Source: an uncultured Alphaproteobacteria bacterium | GTDB taxonomy: Bacteria; Pseudomonadota; Alphaproteobacteria; Rhizobiales; Beijerinckiaceae | NCBI GenBank assembly: GCA_963736175.1 | Contig: CAVTNU010000026.1 | Span: 32,929 to 56,928, forward strand | DNA: 24,000 bases | Reading direction: 5' to 3' | Notes under the pieces: generated by a model | Told to the model about the DNA's origin: nothing | The model's database searches: none | What the model saw: the letters and a program-made list of their open reading frames with translations, nothing else | Shown: positions 19,925 to 24,000 of the stretch, piece after piece | How the letters are laid out: every line of letters starts with the position of its first letter | Numbering within the stretch: position 1 is the first letter of the stretch | Made by a program: the position numbers and the translations under genes

Positions 19925-20278
19925 ATGCCGATCCAGAGTGTAAACCCTGTGACGTCAGGTCAACTGGACTTGATGCTCCAGCGACGTCGGACGCAAGCTG
20001 CGAATTCCCCCGTCGACGCGGCGCCGAACCAAAGCGCGTCGGCGTCGAATGCGGCGCAAACAGCCGCGCCGGCGATGGAAGCTGAAATCGACGAGGCTTC
20101 GATCGGGATTTATCCGCCTGTCGCGGACGCGCGCTCAAACGAAGGCGTCGCCCCCGCTCCAACGGCGAAAATCAACGCAATCATGAGCGATCTGGCGCAG
20201 GCGTTGCAGTCGGGCGACTTGGCGAGTTTGCGCGCCGCAGCCGCCCTGCTGCAAAACGATCTGGCCAGGATTTCTTGA
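19925..20278 (+). CDS. Hypothetical low-complexity protein (117 aa); function unknown
   Basis: ATG with a GAGGA SD 9 nt upstream. The G/C-biased third positions are acceptable for this genome, and the overlapping minus-strand ORFs are Arg-rich shadows. Ala/Gln/Ser/Pro-rich N-terminal two-thirds and a helical-looking C-terminus (AKINAIMSDLAQALQSGDLASLRAAAALLQNDLARIS). No signal peptide or TM helix. Confidence 0.5.
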   Translation: MPIQSVNPVTSGQLDLMLQRRRTQAANSPVDAAPNQSASASNAAQTAAPAMEAEIDEASIGIYPPVADARSNEGVAPAPTAKINAIMSDLAQALQSGDLASLRAAAALLQNDLARIS

Positions 20279-20308
20279 ATTTGGGTCAGCCGGCGCCGCC
20301 TTCGCGGC

Positions 20309-21535
20309 TCAGTGCAAATCCATATGGGGATCGAAAAGCCGACGATAGACCGACAGCGCATAGCGGTCGGTCATGCCGGCGATATAATCGGCGACCGTTC
20401 GCGCGCGCGTCGCCTCCTCGACTTTTTGCGCCGCGCTGGCCCATTCGCCCGGCATTGATGAGGGATCGGCGAGGAACCGCGCGAACAAGTCCGTGACGAT
20501 GCGGGACGCCTTGACGCGCACGCGCATCACCGCCTCGTGCCGATACATTTTCGGGTAAAGAAACGCCTTGATGGCGCTATCCGCCGCCGCCATGTCATCC
20601 GAAAAAGCGACCATGCTTCGCCCGGCGCCGCGAATGTCGGCGGCGCTGCCGGGCGCGAGCGCCGCAAGCCGCGCCAGCGAGCAACGCAAAGCGTCCTCGA
20701 CAAAACGGGTAATGACGCGCCGGCCCAATTCGTGAATGACCCGCACCCGTTCCAGACGCGGATGACGCGCGGCGATTTCGTCGAGCAGCGCCCGCAGGAA
20801 TTCGACCTCGCGCAGATCGGCCAATTCGAACAAGCCGGCGCGCAGGCCATCGTCGATGTCATGCGCGTTATAGGCGATATCGTCCGCCAGGGCGGCGCAT
20901 TGCGCCTCCGCGCTGGCGTAGGAGCGCAAATCGAGGGGAAAGACCGCGTCGAATTCCCTCACCGCCTGCGGCAGGCCGCGGGCGGCGCGCGGCCCGAGCG
21001 CCCTGCCCGTCGCGTCGAGCAAAGGGCCGTTATGTTTCGCCAGAGCCTCGAGCGTCTCCCAGCACAGGTTGAGCCCGTCCCAGTCGGCGTAACGCGCCTC
21101 CAAACGGGTGACGATACGCAAAGCGTGGGCGTTGTGATCGAAACCGCCGAATGGCGCCATGCAGGCGTCAAGCGCGTCCTCGCCGGCGTGGCCGAAACAG
21201 GTGTGGCCGAGGTCGTGGGCGAGCGCGGCGGCTTCAGCCAGATCCTCGTCGAGCCGCAGGCCGCGCGCCAAAGCGCGGGCGATCTGCGCCACCTCGATCG
21301 TATGGGTCAGGCGCGTGCGGAAATGGTCGCCCTCCAGCGGAACGAAAACCTGCGTCTTGTGGGCAAGACGCCGAAAAGCGCTGGAATGGATCAGGCGGTC
21401 GCGATCACGTTGAAACTCGCCTCGCGTCGCCGACGGCGGCTCCGCGTAAACGCGACCGCGGCTCTCCCGCCAATCGGCGGCATAGGGCGCCAAGGCCGGT
21501 CTTTCGGCAAGAAGAATGGATGGGTCGAGGCGCAT
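20309..21535 (-). CDS. dgt: Deoxyguanosinetriphosphate triphosphohydrolase-like protein (HD domain)
   Basis: 408 aa. HD-domain motifs [15 protein letters not shown] and [18 protein letters not shown]-terminal [13 protein letters not shown] is typical of the dGTPase family. Divergent from erpA. Confidence 0.9.
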   Translation of the reverse strand: MRLDPSILLAERPALAPYAADWRESRGRVYAEPPSATRGEFQRDRDRLIHSSAFRRLAHKTQVFVPLEGDHFRTRLTHTIEVAQIARALARGLRLDEDLAEAAALAHDLGHTCFGHAGEDALDACMAPFGGFDHNAHALRIVTRLEARYADWDGLNLCWETLEALAKHNGPLLDATGRALGPRAARGLPQAVREFDAVFPLDLRSYASAEAQCAALADDIAYNAHDIDDGLRAGLFELADLREVEFLRALLDEIAARHPRLERVRVIHELGRRVITRFVEDALRCSLARLAALAPGSAADIRGAGRSMVAFSDDMAAADSAIKAFLYPKMYRHEAVMRVRVKASRIVTDLFARFLADPSSMPGEWASAAQKVEEATRARTVADYIAGMTDRYALSVYRRLFDPHMDLH

Positions 21536-21583
21536 GCTAATTTTCTTTCGGCATTGACCCTGCTACGATCCAACATATTTCTA

Positions 21584-21964
21584 ATGAGCGCAAAGATAGC
21601 CTATGGGCGCTTCGCCCCGCGAAAGGCCAACCCCTTGAAGTCCGCAATCGAAATCACCGCCAGCGCCGCTAAATATGTCGCGTCAGTCCTGATGGGGGAG
21701 CCGCCGGGTTCATTTCTGCGAATTGCGGTGAACGGCGGCGGATGCTCCGGCTTCCAATACGCCTATGAGATCGACACCGTACGCGCGGACGATGATCTGG
21801 TGATCCGACGCGACGGCGCGACAATCGCCATCGATCAAGCCTCGCTGGAATTTTTGAAAGGCGCGCGCATCGACTATGTCGACGACCTGATCGGCGCGGC
21901 CTTCAAGATCGACAATCCCAACGCCGTCGCCTCCTGCGGCTGCGGAACTAGCTTCGCAGTCTGA
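21584..21964 (+). CDS. erpA: Iron-sulfur cluster insertion protein, A-type carrier (ErpA/IscA family)
   Basis: GGGCSGFQY and C-terminal NPNAVASCGCGTSF (the three conserved Cys). It is the 3' end of a long track ORF whose upstream part is antisense to dgt. Start uncertain: ATG at 21584 (126 aa), or TTG at 21635 with a GAAAGG SD about 9 nt upstream (109 aa, a more typical length). Confidence 0.88.
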   Translation: MSAKIAYGRFAPRKANPLKSAIEITASAAKYVASVLMGEPPGSFLRIAVNGGGCSGFQYAYEIDTVRADDDLVIRRDGATIAIDQASLEFLKGARIDYVDDLIGAAFKIDNPNAVASCGCGTSFAV

Positions 21965-22014
21965 TCACAAACCCCACCTCGCCCAATCCCCCGCCGCCCC
22001 TTTTTTAAAGGAAG

Positions 22015-22905
22015 ATGGACGTGAGCGCCCTTTTTGTCGGCCATTCCTATATCGACATGACCATGCTGACCGACGTGATGCCCTCGGGCGACGAGAAGGC
22101 GGTGGCGCGCGATTTCGCCGTCTCATTCGGCGGCAACGCGGTGACGGCGGCGTTCGCCTGCGCAAGGCTCGGCGCGTCGCCGGATCTGCTCACCACGCTC
22201 TCCGACGATTGGCTCGGACAGATGTTCTGGGACATGGCGCGCAAATACGACGTGACTCTCTATCCGCGCAAAGTGGCGCGATCGTCTTTGTCCTTCGTGC
22301 TGCCGCACGAGGGCAAACGCGCCATTCTACGCGCGCGCGACTCGCATTATCTGCGCCCGTTCATGATCATCGACCCGAGCACTTATCTGGCTCTGCATCT
22401 TGACGGACATCAGGCCGACGCCGCCCTGTACTACGCCAAAGCCTGCCGCGAGAAAGGCGTTCTGACATCGCTGGACGGCGGCGCGATGCGCTCGAACACC
22501 GAGGAAGTGCTTGGTTATATCGACGTCGCGGTGGTGGCCGAGGCGATGTGCGTCCAGATGAAACTGTCGCCGCCCGACATGCTGGCTTATCTCAAGTCGC
22601 GCGGCTGCAAGATCGCCGCCGTCACCGAAGGCGAACGCGGCATGCTTTGGAGCGATGAGGATGGCGTCGTCTCGCGCCTGCCGGCCTTGCATGTGCCGAA
22701 GGAAAAAATCATCGACACCTCGGGCGCGGGCGACGTGTTCCACGGAGCCTATATCGCCTCCTATCTGCAAAACCCGCACGCGCGCTTCGCCGAGCATTTC
22801 GATTTCGCCCGCGCCGCCTCGGCCTTCAAGATCCAGCATTTGGGCAACGAGGCCGGCCTGCCGACACTGGCTGACATAGGCGAAATGCGCCGCCTATATG
22901 CATAG
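22015..22905 (+). CDS. PfkB-family (ribokinase-like) carbohydrate/nucleoside kinase; substrate unknown
   Basis: 296 aa. N-terminal FGGNAVTAAFACARLG (GG motif) and C-terminal DTSGAGDVFHGAY (PfkB signature 2 with the catalytic Asp). AAAGGAAG SD directly upstream. Confidence 0.85.
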   Translation: MDVSALFVGHSYIDMTMLTDVMPSGDEKAVARDFAVSFGGNAVTAAFACARLGASPDLLTTLSDDWLGQMFWDMARKYDVTLYPRKVARSSLSFVLPHEGKRAILRARDSHYLRPFMIIDPSTYLALHLDGHQADAALYYAKACREKGVLTSLDGGAMRSNTEEVLGYIDVAVVAEAMCVQMKLSPPDMLAYLKSRGCKIAAVTEGERGMLWSDEDGVVSRLPALHVPKEKIIDTSGAGDVFHGAYIASYLQNPHARFAEHFDFARAASAFKIQHLGNEAGLPTLADIGEMRRLYA

Positions 22906-23033
22906 CGCGATGAGCCAAGGGCGGCGCGTCGCCTCCGCGTAGCGCAAAGCCCACAGAGGGCCTATTTCAGAGAGGATGGACGACAGGCGGCGACGACGCC
23001 GGCTTGGGCGTCCGTGAACGTATCGGACAAAGC

Positions 23034-24000
23034 ATGAATTTCTGGCTGGATATAGCCGCCTTTGCCGTGAAGGCTCTCGTCATTCTCACCTTTTTCGCGG
23101 CGTTGGGCGGTCTCATCGCTTTCCTGTCACGCAAATCAGGCGGCGGCGACGAGGACGAGGACGATTTGAAAATCACCTCGCTCAACGCCCGTTACGTCGA
23201 TCTCGAAACGCGGATGAACGAGGCCATCTTCGACAAGAAGGCGCTCAAGGCCCGCGCTAAAGAGCAAAAAAGGGCGAAAAAGCGTGAACCGGTCGAGGAA
23301 GGGCGCAAACGGGTATTCGTCCTGACGTTCAAGGGCGATCTGCACGCCTCGCCGGTCGCCCGGCTGGCGCGGGAGGTCGACGCGATCCTGTCTGCGGCGC
23401 GGCCTGGCAAGGACGAAGTGGTCGTGCGGATCGACAGTCCCGGCGGCCTGGTCACCGGCTATGGGCTGGCCGCCGCCCAGATGCTGCGATTGCGCGAGGG
23501 CGGCCTCAATCTGACCGCCAGCATCGATCAGGTCGCCGCCAGCGGCGGCTATATGATGGCCTGCGTCGCGCAAAAGATCGTTGCGGCGCCCTTCGCCATT
23601 GTCGGCAGTATAGGTGTCGTCGCAGAATTCCCGAATTTCAACAGGTTATTGAAGAAACTTGATGTAGATTATCAAGAGTTCACGGCCGGCGAGTTCAAGC
23701 GGTCGGTCTCGCCGCTCGGCAAGATCACGCCAGCCGGCGCCAAGCATTTTCGCGCCAAGCTGGAGGCGACGCACGTCGCCTTTAAGCAGTTTCTAGCCGA
23801 GAGCCGGCCAAAAATCGATCTGGAAAAGGTCGCCAACGGCGATGTCTGGCTGGCGCGCGAAGGTTTGGACCTGGGTCTTGTCGATGAATTGGCGAGCGGC
23901 GAGGATTACCTGTTTCGCGCGCGTAAGGAAGCGGACCTTTATTCCGTCGACATAGCCGAACACAAAACCATGCTGGCGCAAATTCTCGGCGGCATCGGAC
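23034..24000 (+). CDS. sohB: S49-family membrane peptidase SohB (5' partial; continues beyond the window)
   Basis: Not in the supplied track because it has no stop in the window. My translation from the ATG at 23034 is open for 322 codons to the edge. N-terminal TM helix (FWLDIAAFAVKALVILTFFAALGGLIAF), a charged linker, then the S49/ClpP-fold core with RIDSPGG and the catalytic-Ser context QVAASGGYMMAC. Confidence 0.85.
   Translation, partial: MNFWLDIAAFAVKALVILTFFAALGGLIAFLSRKSGGGDEDEDDLKITSLNARYVDLETRMNEAIFDKKALKARAKEQKRAKKREPVEEGRKRVFVLTFKGDLHASPVARLAREVDAILSAARPGKDEVVVRIDSPGGLVTGYGLAAAQMLRLREGGLNLTASIDQVAASGGYMMACVAQKIVAAPFAIVGSIGVVAEFPNFNRLLKKLDVDYQEFTAGEFKRSVSPLGKITPAGAKHFRAKLEATHVAFKQFLAESRPKIDLEKVANGDVWLAREGLDLGLVDELASGEDYLFRARKEADLYSVDIAEHKTMLAQILGGIG

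Noticed and set aside
20309-21535. Dgt as an anti-phage nucleotide-depletion defence gene (defensive dGTPases are known).
   Set aside because: The context is the conserved housekeeping arrangement, divergent from erpA and upstream of argS. There are no neighbouring defence genes, mobile-element genes or compositional anomaly across the gene itself. It is most simply the chromosomal dGTPase-like paralog.

Overview
This window looks like core chromosome from a high-GC alphaproteobacterium. The synteny resembles Hyphomicrobiales/Rhizobiales, but that rests on my recollection of gene order and no search was run. I support 21 protein-coding genes, almost all housekeeping. On the minus strand: pyrG-secG-tpiA. 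On the plus strand: ppiD-like chaperone-trpE, a DEAD-box/DbpA RNA helicase, and a tightly coupled bioB-bioF-bioD-bioA operon. On the minus strand: dgt ... argS-SPOR protein-nagZ-scpA-scpB. On the plus strand: erpA, a PfkB-family kinase, and a 5' partial sohB (S49 peptidase). sohB runs off the right edge and is missing from the supplied ORF track. I saw no tRNA, rRNA, CRISPR array, IS element or integrase. The many long ORFs antisense to these genes are Arg/Gly/Ala-rich shadow frames typical of high-GC DNA. I do not see a convincing novel multi-gene system here. The leads worth a second look are local: (1) argS, an essential gene, has its conserved N-terminus in a different frame from the rest, with a net +1 nt in a CTCGGCGCG run; (2) a 534-bp spacer between dgt and argS, about 45% GC over its AT-rich central part, which carries palindromes; (3) an opposite-strand orphan 117-aa low-complexity protein next to that spacer; (4) an orphan, very acidic 116-aa protein with a TTG start and strong SD, wedged between scpB and the convergent bioA; (5) a bioBFDA operon with no pimeloyl-moiety gene and no BioR-type box, but with a perfect 7-bp inverted repeat upstream. 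All functional calls rest on motifs I can read in the translations, not on database searches.
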